DNA of 64,000 nt from Amoeboaphelidium protococcarum X5 (lineage: Eukaryota > Fungi > Aphelidiomycota), in contig JALDTO010000237.1 in assembly GCA_023515725.1 (NCBI GenBank), positions 62,001 through 126,000 of the forward strand. Reading direction: 5' to 3'. A program made the position numbers and the translations under genes. Shown piece by piece: positions 26,861 to 40,506 of the stretch (within the stretch, counting starts at the first letter, position 1; each line of letters begins with the position of its first letter). Under the pieces are notes generated by a model, which was not told where the DNA came from, ran no database searches, and saw only the letters and a list, made by a program, of their open reading frames with translations.

Positions 26861-28600
26861 TCATAGCAGTAAATCATCAAAATTGTTCTGATTTTTCTAT
26901 GGAGGATTCTGAGCACTTGAGTTTTGTCCACCAAAAGCACCTCCAAATTATCCAAAAGAAGGCTACATTTACTACGACTAACCTGGTTATTTCTATGCAG
27001 CCAACTCATTCAACGCAGGTCCAGTTTACGGAGAATTGCTCTACTTTCCCAATGAGTCAAGAGACACCAAATTAGTATTCCACACATCGTCCGGCTTCAA
27101 ATTGAAAGTGGAATTCGACTATTGTAGTGGCTGACGGGTAGCGCTGGTGGAGTTTTAAAGCTGTGCAGCCATCATAAGTCCATTGTTGGAAGCTACTGGC
27201 ATCACGGGAGGAGCAGAAAAAGAATTTTTCTAGCCATTCCCAGAAAAGCTAGACTTAGTTTACAAAGGTGCGGCTGGCTAAGATGCAAAACCCATACCTC
27301 CAACAGAAGAAGTCTAAGACATTGGGGAGGTGACTCTCGGTGGTTACATAAATCCACTTCCAAAGCCTTCAAAGCCGTTGGAGGAAGACGCATTGAGATT
27401 GCTCTGCATCTGATCGGCACCACTCATACCACCATTGGCCGGCTAGGATAGACCGCCACTTGATTAAGAACTTTAAGACATGATCGAGCTGGTACCATTC
27501 CATTACTGCTACTACTGCTATGGTTGTCCAAAATTCTAGAATTAACCAGCATTCAATTATGGTTAAGAGAAGTTCTAATTGACAGGCTGGGTGTTAAAGC
27601 CCCCACTACCTTGAGGGGATACAACTGGGCGGCTAGTCTATTGTCCCATGCCTAGATTTCCAAAAGTATTATTCGCTTGCTGATTATACTATTAAGGAGC
27701 AGACGAATCACTACCACCAAAGTCCAAATCAAGTAAATTGGCAGTCTACTATTATTACTACTACTATTACTGCTGCTACTTGGAAGAAACTCCAACAGCC
27801 GTCTCTGATGACACTTTCGGTTGGTTGCTATAACTCTGCGATTAATTACTTGACATTTGTGGGATAGGAATGGACGGCTTTGGATCTGACTACTTACGAC
27901 TACTAGAATCATTACCATAAGAGCCACCAGAACCTCCATACGATGAATTTCCACCCTAGGCTGATGAATCATAGTCAGCGGCACCAGTAGATGGGCGATA
28001 AGTGTCACTACCAAACCCACCATATCTACTCCCTCCTGAAGCAGAACCAAATCCACCGCTGCCTGAACGAACTTCATCTGCAGCCACACCTGTGTACTTG
28101 TTTCTATTCGCAGCCGCCTTGTCCCTCTCCATACTCAGTCGCTCAGTGTCATTCACCAGCTCAACAATCTCCTTGGCACGATGACGCACATTGATACCTT
28201 GATCCTTGCCCTTCTCATCCACAAACTTGAATGACTGAGAAAGAGCCTTGAAATCATAGCAGTGATCACGAACACTATCAATTACCCGTCTATCGCCATT
28301 CTTCAGCAGGAAATCAATCAGCTGCAAACTCTTGTAAACCTGTCTCCACTTCTAGGGTGTACCATTCTACTGAGGCTCATGAATTCTCTTGTACACCATC
28401 GGCATGATCTCATTAAAGTACTAATAGCTAGATGTTCCACGACTGATTTCCAGCAACAGGGTGGAAGATGCTCCCCATGGATCATTATTTGTGGCCTCCA
28501 GAACCTTGGCCTCCATCTCAGTGTAATTCATAACTGCATTTTTAACTTTGGTAATGGTGGACTTGACATCCCAAGGCAAATTGTTCAACAGATTATTCAT
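26861..28600 (-). CDS. ENT3: ENTH-domain epsin-related adaptor (Ent3/epsinR)
   Basis: KVKNAVMNYTEMEAKVLEATNNDPWGAS, WRQVYKSLQLIDFLLKNG, DEKGKDQGINVR, low-complexity tail. 580 codons. Confidence 0.88.
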
Positions 28601-28861
28601 TTTACTACTAATGTCTTGACAATAGAAAAACGTTAGTAAATGAGAATGATGATGCAATAAATAAAGCTTAATTTAAAAAAGCTTTATTATTATTAGCTTT
28701 AACTGAATCGATCGAAATTAGAAAAGAAGAAAGCTTCAGACTGAACCGACAAAGCGACAGTTTAAAGGAGAGAAATTGTGTTTCAAACGGTGAAACAATT
28801 CCATCCAGCTCACGTCTAAAGGATTATTGAGGGTGGACTGTTTCACATCACATTCATTCCA

Positions 28862-28892
28862 TCAGTCAGTCAGTCAGTCAGTCAGTCAGTCA
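28862..28892. repeat. (CAGT)n microsatellite
   Basis: About 7 perfect CAGT units. A G-run follows at ~28956-28968. Confidence 0.9.
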
Positions 28893-29368
28893 CTAATAAA
28901 AAAGATAATTCAGAAGAACCGCTTCCAGTTCATGATGAATCATTCTTAGATTGAGGAGGGGGGGGGGTTTATCACGAATCCCTTATACAATACTGTACAT
29001 GATCACGCATGTTTGTTTCATCTTGTGGTGGAATATTATGAAAGGTCAAATTTAGACAATGGCGTTCAGCCAACTCTTCATCAATTCACTTAATTGTTAT
29101 TATTGCAACTGACCACGCGACTGTTTATAATTTCAAAATAAAGTGGAATAAACCTCGTATCACATTCCATCTACTATATACAGTATATGAGAGATATCAA
29201 GACCATATGATGGTCGTTTCACTCTCAGAACGCGTTTAATTGTCGCGTCTCCATTGCGAGTTCATCGTTCAATCTCCCAGTGCTTATTCCAATGCTTTAT
29301 AAAACTCTTTGGACTGAACTATTACCTACTCTCTTTGGCGCATTAAATTAGCATTGATTTGTAGTAAA

Positions 29369-30268
29369 ATGAGACTGCTTGTTACACCTAAAGATATAAG
29401 CGATAAACTTAATGTAATCTTATGTCTAATTGGAGATTGCAAAGATACCTCTGTCTTTGCGCATAGTCCAGATTATGAAAAGTGGTTTCAAGTGGTGCAA
29501 GTTGGTGCTGGTGATGAGACGTCAGTTATGGTCACTCCTGCTGATTATTGCATCTCTAATGGAGCAGTTCTGACAATGTTCGAAGTGGATCCTCTCTTCT
29601 TATTACTCCCGTACTGTCCAAAGACTAGATTCATGTCACTAACCGATACAGAATGTCCACCTGCGCTCATTGATGCCGTGTCTCTGTAAAATTCTGCATT
29701 ATCTTTATAATTTCTGGCTCATTTGGTTGACGTGTCAGCTCTTGATGGCCAGGAATTCTATTGCTTCAACTAGGACAAAGTTGTTGCGTGGCTCTCTTTA
29801 AAAGTTGATAACATTGTCAAGTATCTGTAATCATTATCGGAGGATTAGACAGAGTTGCAGAATTTAGCTGTCGGTTTAGATGCAAGTGATATAGATGCGC
29901 TGAAGATGTATGCCCTCGAAATGCTTCAAGATTATGCTGGTGAAGACTTGTTGCGTCTTGTTAAAGATGGTTTATAGATTAAGGAATCTTGTGATATTGC
30001 ACCTAAAGTCTAAATAAATTATTTCAATTATGGCCGGTAAAATAACAATGCTGTCAGCAGTCAATCTAGCTCTGTCGGAGATAAGGATAAGTCATCAAAG
30101 GTACGTCTTTTCTATAATTTAGTATCTATCTATAAACATATGGATTGACTTACATCATTAATTGTGTAGAAGTAAAAGACGTTGGGTATGAGATAGTTGG
30201 AAAAGGCTAGTAAAGGTCTCAAGAGTGTGGCCTCATTTTTCACTAAGCAAGAGGATGGTAAGAAGTGA
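29369..30268 (+). CDS. RNASEH2B: Ribonuclease H2 subunit B; intron 30101-30169
   Basis: NGAVLTMFEVDPLFLLLP, FNQDKVVAWLSLKV, C-terminal PIP-box-like KGLKSVASFF. Confidence 0.8.
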
Positions 30269-30357
30269 TATGATGATTGCGACTTTATTGTATCAATAAA
30301 TTGAATTCCAAAATATCACAGAGTGTGTATATATACACATTAGCTTCTTAATCTAGT

Positions 30358-33300
30358 TCATTTATCAATTCCTTCTGCAGCATAGCCAGTCTAACTACTA
30401 GCCTCATCTTCATCTTCGCCTTCATACTATTCATCGTACACTTCGTCATCATAATCGTCATCTCCTTCACCATCCTCGGACGATGATGAAGATGAGTATT
30501 CAGAATACTTCTTTAAAGGATTAGTGTAAACTATAGTAGATTCTTTTCTAGTTCGAGCATTGGGACCACCATCAGGTATTTTAGATTTAGATGCATTGAC
30601 CACTTCGGCCGGCAACTTGACAGCGTCCAACAGGGGAGTTTTCCAGTACACAAAATCATCATATCCGTCTTCAATAGCTTCCAATGAATCTGAATCTTCC
30701 AGAGCCTCATTAGTCTAATCTTGCGGAGATTGTAAATCCTCTTCATCGACTGATTATCCAGAATCCTCCTGATCACCCACCTCATAATCAGCTTCTCCGT
30801 CATTATAGGGACGATCAGCTTCATCCGACTCTTCACCAAATATATCATAATCCTGTATCGGTCTCAGGCTGGTAGCATCTGTGCGTATAAAAGACGGTTT
30901 ACGAGCTGAAGCATTCGAACCTTAGCGCCCGACCAATCGTTTACTTCTGACACTTCTGTTGCTCTTGGGAGTTCCAGGCAAGACATCGAGACTGGCAGAC
31001 TTTGACATGCTCTGAATCTTGGATCTGATCGGAGGAAATATGTGATCCACCAAGTCTCTCAACTTCACATAACTGGACGTGTAACCAACAAAAAAGTCCA
31101 TCTTGATCTCTCCCTGACTGTTGATTGAATAAATTCTGTATGTCGGTATATCCACAGCTCGATAAGACATTGCATCAGTGACTCTATTACCAAAGCCAGC
31201 ATAGAACGGGTTTCTAGACTTAAAGAGGGATTTTATATCCTTGAGAACGGCAATCTTGAACTCTTCAGGCCTCCTATCAATAACCTCTCGCTTCAGAGCC
31301 GCAATCAATCTATCAGGAGACATAATCACAGGTCCATCCGGCAACTGATAAGATCCTTGCTCGATTCCCTTTAAATAGCCTCGAGTGATATCAGCCTGGC
31401 CAATGGCTCGACTAGTCAAATAGAGAATCTCGTAACCATTTTTCTTGACGCTGGTGTACAGGTTAGCAATACCGGGATGAGTCCAATCCATCCGAAGCAT
31501 TGGTAGCAGATGACCGAGAGCATCAGATTTTGTAATCGTCCCGTCAATATCTGATACTACAATCTAAACATTATACTTCCATAGAAATATTCGCGCAGTA
31601 CAAGTAGCGATTCCCGAATAAGAGGATGCGACACTAAAAGATACAGTATTAGCTCCATAATTAAGATTAAGAGACCTTAATTGATCAGACGTCAAGCGCA
31701 GAGTTTTGCTAAAGAACTTGGCTTTATACTATTACGCTTAAATCACCTCACCCAGATTAGGAGCTGATAGGGGCCTACTCTAAGCAGGAGCAGACATTGC
31801 AGTAATTGTCTAGTTCATAGCGGAACCATCACCTTATATATACGAAGAATCAAGACTTTTGATAGTTGCCGTATCATTCAGTTAAATATCCTGGGCTTTG
31901 GTCCCCACTGGTGCTGAAAGCGGAGGTTACTCAGTAGCATTAATTGCAGATTTATCTGAAATCAAATCACGCCTTTCAGGAGACTTTTCACGGGTGGATG
32001 ACCACCACCAGCTCTTTGTAGCAGTGCTCTTCTATTCTAGTCTACCGCCAGTCTAAATACCAGTGGCCATCGAGGAAGATGCATCCAGTTCAGACTTTTG
32101 GGTGAGTAACGATGGAATAAGGGCCAGAGTCTACAATACTTCAGGGTCCAAATGATCTTTGAAGAAGAGCTTGGACACCAGAGCAGGACCCAGAACATGC
32201 CAAGTTAAGTACTCATCATTCATCTTTATGACCAAGTTTTCATCCTGCAAGATAGACAGGGGATTAGATTTAAAATCCTTAAACGATATCAACTTGCTTG
32301 AAAATTGCTCAGGATCAGCACAGGCTTTCCCGCACATTGATAACTAAATGTTAAATCCATCTCGTTGGTCGCCACTAAGCAAGTCTTAAATCAACTGGTC
32401 CACCTTATCAATTTAAGTATTCCTAACTTCAAGATGCTTCTTTTCCATCTATTGAGATTGTTAACTGGATTATAGAGATTGTTCTTCAGCCTTTGCTTTG
32501 GATGCGACTCTTATATTGGAAGATGGCACTGTCTCTGAATATTACTAGCTTTCATTAGACGGTAGCAATCCCCATTTCCATTGAGTAAACTATTAGGGAT
32601 TCTGAGCATTCAGCTTTTCACCACCACTGAGGTCCAGATAATCCATCTCTGTATCACTCATGTGCATCTTTGCTGGAATGGCCGATTAATACGCGGAGGC
32701 ATTATATCCTCCACTTATAGTCTCCTTGTTACTACTACTACTGCCAATCAAAACCTCAGAATCGGAGAGAGGATGATCTCTTGTCACACTGTGCCCGACA
32801 TTGAGATTGCCAGGTTTAGAGCCAAGCCGAGATGAACCAGCAGTCTTCAGCTATTCACTATCAAAATCAAAATATTTAGCATCTAGAGGAGACACAAAGC
32901 CGACATTCAACTGCTGATCAGAAGAAGACCGAGTTAGAGCCGTGGGATCTAATTTCAAGCTATCCAAGCCAGACAATGGCGGGACACGACCAGAGGATAA
33001 TTACTATGGCGTCAGGGCAAGTGGCGATGTCTAATACGCATCAGGAACTTCATCATTAGTCTCCTTTATAAAGAACGCCTCTCCACCTTCACCCAACTTC
33101 ATGGGAATGTCGACCACAGTGCCATTTACTTTCATCTCCACCTACACTAAACAAAATAACAATAAAAATTCAACACTTGTGAACATACATATTAAATTAG
33201 AATATTACGCTCTTTTCAAAGGGTCTTAATAACTGCATCTTCCCGAATCTGACATGGAAAGGTGAACACGCCAGAGTGCCATCAGCTCTCTCCACAACCA

Positions 33301-33388
33301 CAATGTCTATGGCTCCCGATAAAGTGGAAGGGTTCAAGTCTTTGTAAAACTCACTGACGGTAGACACAAGACTTCCAACGAAATTCAT
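30358..33388 (-). CDS. PAH1: Lipin / phosphatidate phosphatase; intron 33142-33208
   Basis: [64 protein letters not shown]. Confidence 0.95.
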
Positions 33389-35054
33389 ATACTCAAGTTA
33401 TATTTATCTGATTACTAAAGGATTGAGGTGAAAGGTTACGGTAGTTGACACGTCTACCGTTATAATATTAGGCAGAAAATGAAATCAGCGAATTGTTCAA
33501 TCGCGGTGACTGCGAGAGAAAGCGGGCGACTAAAACACGAGTAACTAACTGGCTGGCTAGCTGATAGCTGTGAGCTTTAGTAGTACAGTAGAAGCTCTCT
33601 GCGCAAGTTCTTTTGCACCTTTGCCGACTACAAATTTTAATTCAGTATGCTTATTAGTAAATATCAAGCAGTTTTCAAGTGTTTCATCGTTGCCTATTCA
33701 GTGTTCTATAACATTCTACTCTGTAGGATCGGTCAGTAAACTTCTGGTGATCACTTCTGAAGACAGAGTCAGTTCCAAGTCTATCAAATTTAACTTGAAT
33801 TATCTTAATGCCTTGTAAATGCAACATTTAACGTGTTTTGAAAAAAGTAGACTTCAAGAACTCTCATATAGTGAACATAGCCAAACTGCTTGAGTCGTGC
33901 TTGATCATAGCCAAACTGCTAAGGGCACCGAACCAGTTACTGTTTGTCTAGCACTATGGGCAGTAAGGTTTGAACACCATAAAGCTGCCATTACTAAAAA
34001 CTTAGTGTATTCTGATCGTGAAGCACATGCACATGTCTACTCTCTAGTCTCAGCCTGGAATATGCAGAGCGCGGTTTACTCATTGAGCGCGCATCAGGCC
34101 ATTTGGCTCCGACGACAACAGTAGCCCAGTGCTGTTCCCTGCGACATTATTCTAGTTAATTTTGAATTAACTGCATAGTCTAAAATATGATCTTATTGAA
34201 AGTCTTTGTCTACGTCGCTGAAGTAGAGTTGCTCTCCTTGAATCTGAGCTAGAGCCAGTTGGTACCTGACACGAGCCAAGTGTTTGAAGTTATGGTTAAA
34301 CGAATTTGTATGGCGCTGAGTACCTTAATCGTTAATAATGCGTTAAAGCAAATGGCATTCAGTATCAGAATCTCATTGTGGTGGGTTAGTTCCAGTATAT
34401 TTACAGCAAACGCGTGATATACTTACCTACGTAACGTGCGACGCTGCCCGATCTAATGGAGCGCGCTTAATTACGACTCGGCTTCTCTAAATGTCTGGTA
34501 TTACCTTAAAATTGGGGCAAAAAGTATGTATTTTAGAAGCACTGTGTAGAGCGAATGGTAATTCAAATCAATCAAGCGCTTCTGACTCTGGTAACATTAA
34601 CATAAAACGAAAAATTGAAGGTACGGTCTATACCTTAATCCATATTATTACAGTTTATATGTATATGTGATCTGAACTCTCAGATTCAACTTTTAAGATT
34701 GACTCAAAGATACTAAATTTCAGCCAAATTATTTACAGAAGCCATAACATTATTTGCACCCCCAGCGAATCCGGCAAGATAGACATGTAATACATGAAAG
34801 ACGACATTAATACGTCGGATTGAAATGAATTTTCAGAACTGGGCTTCGATAGTACTGATTAGAATCTACAAGCGCAGATTTAGTCTAATCATGAGCGCTA
34901 AAGTGTAAGCGCAGGCCCCTTATATCCACGAAATCACGCGGTTTGTCAGCGATTGTCAACTCTGCGATGCGTCTAATCACCTCTAAGGATTGGTCAGTAT
35001 TTAATCTAATCGTTTTCTTTTCTCTTTACATTGTTACCAATTTTTGTAATAATA

Positions 35055-36389
35055 ATGACTCTACTGCGTGATTTATTGCGACATACACCTGCGAGCACAG
35101 TGACCGTCGAAGACCGCACCGGTACCTAGCTGTCTGCACCCAGTAATCCTCGTGAATTGGAGGACGTTGAGCTGAATCTATGGAAATCCTTTGACCAAGA
35201 CGTCATTATTCCGTATAGGGATTATACATAGCCGCATTTGGATATGGATTGCTACATTGGAATTGATTAGGATACATTCAGTGTCGGTAGTGAGGCAACT
35301 ATAAAGCATTATCTGATGGATCGCGTATTTTCGATTGCTAAATTCATTAACAAATGCCTGGGTGGGTCAGTGATTCATTCAGATATCACTCCAGCTGTAG
35401 GACTGCATCCTGATCTTATTTTGTAGTATAAAGACGACCCTAGCTGCCGCTGCATTTTGCCAATTGAGATCAAGACAATGTGGGCTTTCGATGTGGATGA
35501 TGATCTTGTTGATTCCAGTAATTAAGAGGAGATTAAGAAAAAGGTGCTGCGGCAAGAATATGGCTACATGTCTATTAATCATAACAGATATGGAATAATC
35601 TGTACGGCTGATAAGTTCTTCTTTCTGCGTCGTGGTGGATCTGATGGGATATAGTAAAGCACTTTGGAGGTAAGTAGCGCTGTGCATCGTGATTAATAAT
35701 CGCCATTCACGTTGATGGAGGCTGTATGTGCCATGTTTTGGCGCTGCGAAAATAAAGATCATTGCATGTACGCGTATCCATACACCACTCCTGTTATGAT
35801 GCGCAAACATGAATTTGACGTTTCCGTAGTTGAGAGCGTCAACCTTCATGAAGTATATTTCGAACAAGTTGTTGGCGGTTCTGATTTGTCTTCAGTAGTC
35901 TTTGGTGGTATTCATACTTAATTTAAATCCGATGATAATAGGTAAGTCGAAATTAGACCGCATTAGTTGGTGTTGAAAATGGCTGACTCCACCAAGGATC
36001 CAGAACATTTAAAAGTAGATGCCATCGATTAAGAGCAATAATGTTATCTGAAGCTATCTAGATTGCAAGGTACTGTCATTCCGAGATTGTTGGCGCGTCT
36101 GTCGATTGATGGCTGGATTGAGGCAATAATGATAGAGCGCTTAGAACGTGTATCTACTGTCGCTGACATTTAAGCACATTATCGGCAGTTGCGTGATTCA
36201 TTATAGTTAATTCATTAAAATGGCGTAGCTCATGGTGATGTTGCAACGCGTAATATAATGTGGAAGGGAGATTAACTGCTCTTCATTGATTTCGGACACG
36301 CGAGGTTGGCAAGTCAAATGTCAGAATAAGAGTTTTTGCAAATGTGCAATCGTGACATTGAGATGTTGAATGGGACTGCAGGTGTATGA
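35055..36389 (+). CDS. PD-(D/E)xK nuclease + protein kinase fusion, copy 3 (444 aa)
   Basis: MTLLRDLLRHTPAS..GSEATIKHYL..HPDLILQY..LPIEIKT..RQEYGYM..HGDVATRNI..IDFG..NGTAGV, ending TGA. Confidence 0.87.
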
Positions 36390-37778
36390 GAAACATGATG
36401 TATCGCTGGTAGTTTAAATAAATATATTTGCTTAGTGATTTTACCTATCGAGCTTTGCGTTTTTGGACTATATGTTGTTTAGAGATAGAGTATTGATAGG
36501 AAAATGTTTGAAGATAGACAATAGCTTATATTCAACTATTGGAGAGTACAGCGGGCATGGTTGCTGCTCGCCACGCATTTGGAGTGGTCATAGTAATTGA
36601 TGCCAAAGCAATTACCAGATTTCATACACTATGAATCTCTCTTTAGACTTGCCGCGATTTAAATAATCAGCTTGGGAGTTTTCGTTGGTTGACAGTGTTG
36701 AGCTGAAACTGTTTTGACGCGTTTCACGCACTCACGCTACTTTATTATCGAACAGAATTTGAAATACATACTGTATACTTGCTATACTGTGTATCATATT
36801 TACTTCACCCTTTTACCTTACTCTTAACATGATTCACATTATTCAAATTTCTTAGATGATTTCCGAGAACTTCATATTTAATATTTTCCGCGAAATGTTT
36901 TATTTCATGCTTTTGTCTGTAACGTTATGGTGAACTCGCAGCAGCAGCTATCTGTAAACCTGTCTAAGAGCGCATCAGGGCCATTTGGCTCTGACGACTA
37001 CAGTCGCCCAGTGCTGTTCCCTGCGAAATTATTCTAGTTAATTTTGGATTCAGTCTATAGTCTGAAAGATAATCTTAATGAAAGTCTTTGTCTACGTCGC
37101 TGAAGTTGAGTTGCTCGCCTTGAATCTAAGCTAGAGCCAATTGGTACCTGACACGAGCTAAGTGTTTGAAGTTATGGTTAAACGAATTTGTATGGCGCTG
37201 AGTACCTTAATCGTTAATAATGCGTTAAAGCAAATGGCATTTAGTATCAGAATCTCATTGTGGTTGAAATTTTTTGATGATACAGAGTAAGAGAGCTTAC
37301 TTAACGGCTAACAACAGGATCTTACATAAAACCAAAAATTGAAGGTACGGTGTGTATCTAAATCCACAGTATAACACTTTAAGCGTATAAGTGATCTGAA
37401 CTCTCAAATTCAACTTTTAAGATTAACTGAACGATACTAAAAATTCAGCCAAATTATTTACGGAAGCCGTCCACAACATGTGAACACCAGCGAATCCGGC
37501 AAGATAGACATGTAATACGTGAAAGACGACATTAATACGTCGGATTGAAGTGAATTTTCAGAACTGGGCTTCGATAGTACTGATTAGAATCTACAAGCGC
37601 AGATTTAGTCTAATCATGAGCGCTAAAGTGTAAGCGCAGGCCCCTTATATCCACGAAATCACGCGGTTTGTCAGCGATTGTCAACTCTGCGATGCGTCCA
37701 ATCAACGCTAAGATAGTTCAGTAATAAATCAATCCGTTTTCTTTTCTCTTCTTATTGTTACCAATTTTCGTAGTTATA

Positions 37779-39113
37779 ATGACTCTACTGCGTGATTTAT
37801 TGCGGCATACACCTGCGAGCACAGTGACCGTCGAAGACCGCACCGGTACCTAGCTATCTGCACCCAGTAATCCTCGTGAATTGGTGGGCGTTGATTTGAA
37901 ATAATGGAAATCCTTTGACCAAGATGTCATTATTCCGTATAGGGATTATATATAGCCGCATTTGGATATGGATTGTTACATTGGAATTAACTAGCGTACA
38001 GGCACTGTCAGTAGTGAGGCATAAGTAAAGCATTATTTGATTCGTCGCGTATTTTCGATTGCTAAATTCATAAACAAATCCTTGGGCGGGTCCGTGATTC
38101 ATTAAGATATCGGTCCAGCTGTAGGACTCCATCCTGATCTTACTTTTCGGTACAAGGGCGACCCTAGCCCCCGCTGCATCTTGCCGATTGAGATCAAGAC
38201 AATGTGGGCTTTCGATGTGGATGATGATCTTGTTGATTTCACTCATTAAGAGGAGATTAAGAAAAAGGTGCTGCGGCAAGAATATGGCTACATGTCTGTT
38301 AATCATAACAGATATGGAATAATCTGTACGGCTGATAAGTTCTTCTTTCTGCGTCGTGGTGGATCTGATGGGATATAGTAAAGCACTTTGGAGGTTAGTA
38401 GCGCTGTGCATCGTGATTAATAATCGCCATTCACGTTGATGGAGGCTGTATGTGCCATGTTTTGGCGCTGCGAAAATAAAGATCATTGCATGTACGCGTA
38501 TCCATACACCACTCCTGTTATGATGCGCAAACATGAATTTGACGTTTCCGTAGTTGAGAGCGTCAACCTTCATGAAGTATATTTCGAACAAGTTGTTGGC
38601 GGTTCTGATTTGTCTTCAGTAGTCTTTGGTGGTATTCATACTTAATTTAAATCCGATGATAATAGGTAAGTCGAAATTAGACCGCATTAGTTGGTGTTGA
38701 AAATGGCTGACTCCACCAAGGATCCAGAACATTTAAAAGTAGATGCCATCGATTAAGAGCAATAATGTTATCTGAAGCTATCTAGATTGCAAGGTACTGT
38801 CATTCCGAGATTGTTGGCGCGTCTTTCAATTGATGGCTGGATTGAGGCAATAATGATAGAGCGCTTAGAACGTGTATCTACTGTCGCTGACATTTAAACA
38901 CATTATCGGCATTTGTTTGATTCATTATAGTTAATTCATTAAAATGGCGTAGCTCATGGTGACGTTGCACCGCGTAATATATTGTGGAAAGGAGATTAAC
39001 TGCTCTTCATTGATTTCGGACATGCAAAGTTGGCAAGTCAAATGTCAGAATAGGAGTTTTCGCAAATGTGCGATCGTGATATTGAGATGTTGAATGGGAT
39101 TGCAGGTGTATGA
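37779..39113 (+). CDS. PD-(D/E)xK nuclease + protein kinase fusion, copy 4
   Basis: Intact 1335-bp frame with the same motifs. Confidence 0.87.
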
Positions 39114-40506
39114 GAAACATGATTTATCGCTGGTAGTTTAAATAAATATATTTGCTTTAGTGATTTTACCTATCGAGCTTTGCGTTTTTGGACTATATGT
39201 CGTTTAGAGATAGAGTACTGATAGGAAAAGGTTTGAAGATAGACAATGACCTATACTCAGCTATTGGAGAGTACAGCTGCGCGCCACACGTATGCTTTGG
39301 ATTCGTCCAAAAAGGTGGTCATAGTAATTGATGCCAAAGCAATTAGCAGAATTTATACGCTATGAATATCTGTTGAGAATTGCCGCGATTTAATAATCAG
39401 CTTGGGAGTTTTTGTTGGTTGACAGTGTTGAGCTGAAACTGTTTTGACGCGTTTCACCCATTCACGCGACTTTCTTATCGAACAACTGTAAGACTGTATA
39501 CTTGCTATACTGTGTATCATATTTACTTCACCCTTTTACCTTACTCTTAACATGATTCACATTATTCAAATTTTTAAGATGATTTCCGAGAACTTCATAT
39601 TTAATATTTTCCGCGAAATGTTCTATTTCATGCTTTTGTCTGTAACGTTATGGTGAACTCGCAGCAGCAGCTATCTGTAAACCTGTCTAAGAGCGCATCA
39701 GGGAGATATGGCTTTGACACCAACAGTCGCCCCAGTGCTGTTCCCTGTGTCATTATTCTAGTTAATTTAGGAATCAGCCTATAGTCTTAAACAATAGCTA
39801 ATTTTATGTCTATACACTCAGTGGTAAAACTTGAGTTGGTCTCCTTGAATCTGAGCTAGAGCCAATTGGTACCTGACACGAACTAAGTGCTTGAAGTTAT
39901 GGTCAAACGGAATTTGTATGGTGCTGAGTACCTTAATCGTAGATAATGCGTTAAACCAAATGGCATTTAGTATCAGAATCTCATTGTGGTTGAAATTTTT
40001 TGATGATACAGAGTAAGAGAGCATACTTAACGGCTAACAACAGGATCTTACATAAAACCAAAAATTGAAGGTACGGTGTGTATCTAAATCCACAGTATAA
40101 CACTTTAGGCGTATAAGTGATCTGAACTCTCAAATTCAACTTTTTAAGATTAACTGAACGATACTACAAATTCAGCCAAATTATTTACGGAAGCCGTCCA
40201 CAACATGTGAACACCAGCGAATCCGGCAAGATAGACATGTAATACGTGAAAGACGACATTAATACGTCGGATTGAAATGAATTTTCAGAACTGGGCTTCG
40301 ATAGTACTGATTAGAATCTACAAGCGCAGATTTTGTCTAATCATGAGCGCTAAAGTGTAAGCGCAGGCCCCTCATATCCACGAAAACACGCGCATTGTCA
40401 GCGATTGGCAAATCTGCGATGCGTCTAATCACCTCTAAGGATTGGTCAGTATTTAATCTAATCGTTTTCTTTTCTCTTTACATTGTTACCAATTTTTGTA
40501 ATTATA

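Noticed and set aside
33878-33921. 14-bp direct repeat ATAGCCAAACTGCT
   Set aside because: Only two copies, with no associated structure.
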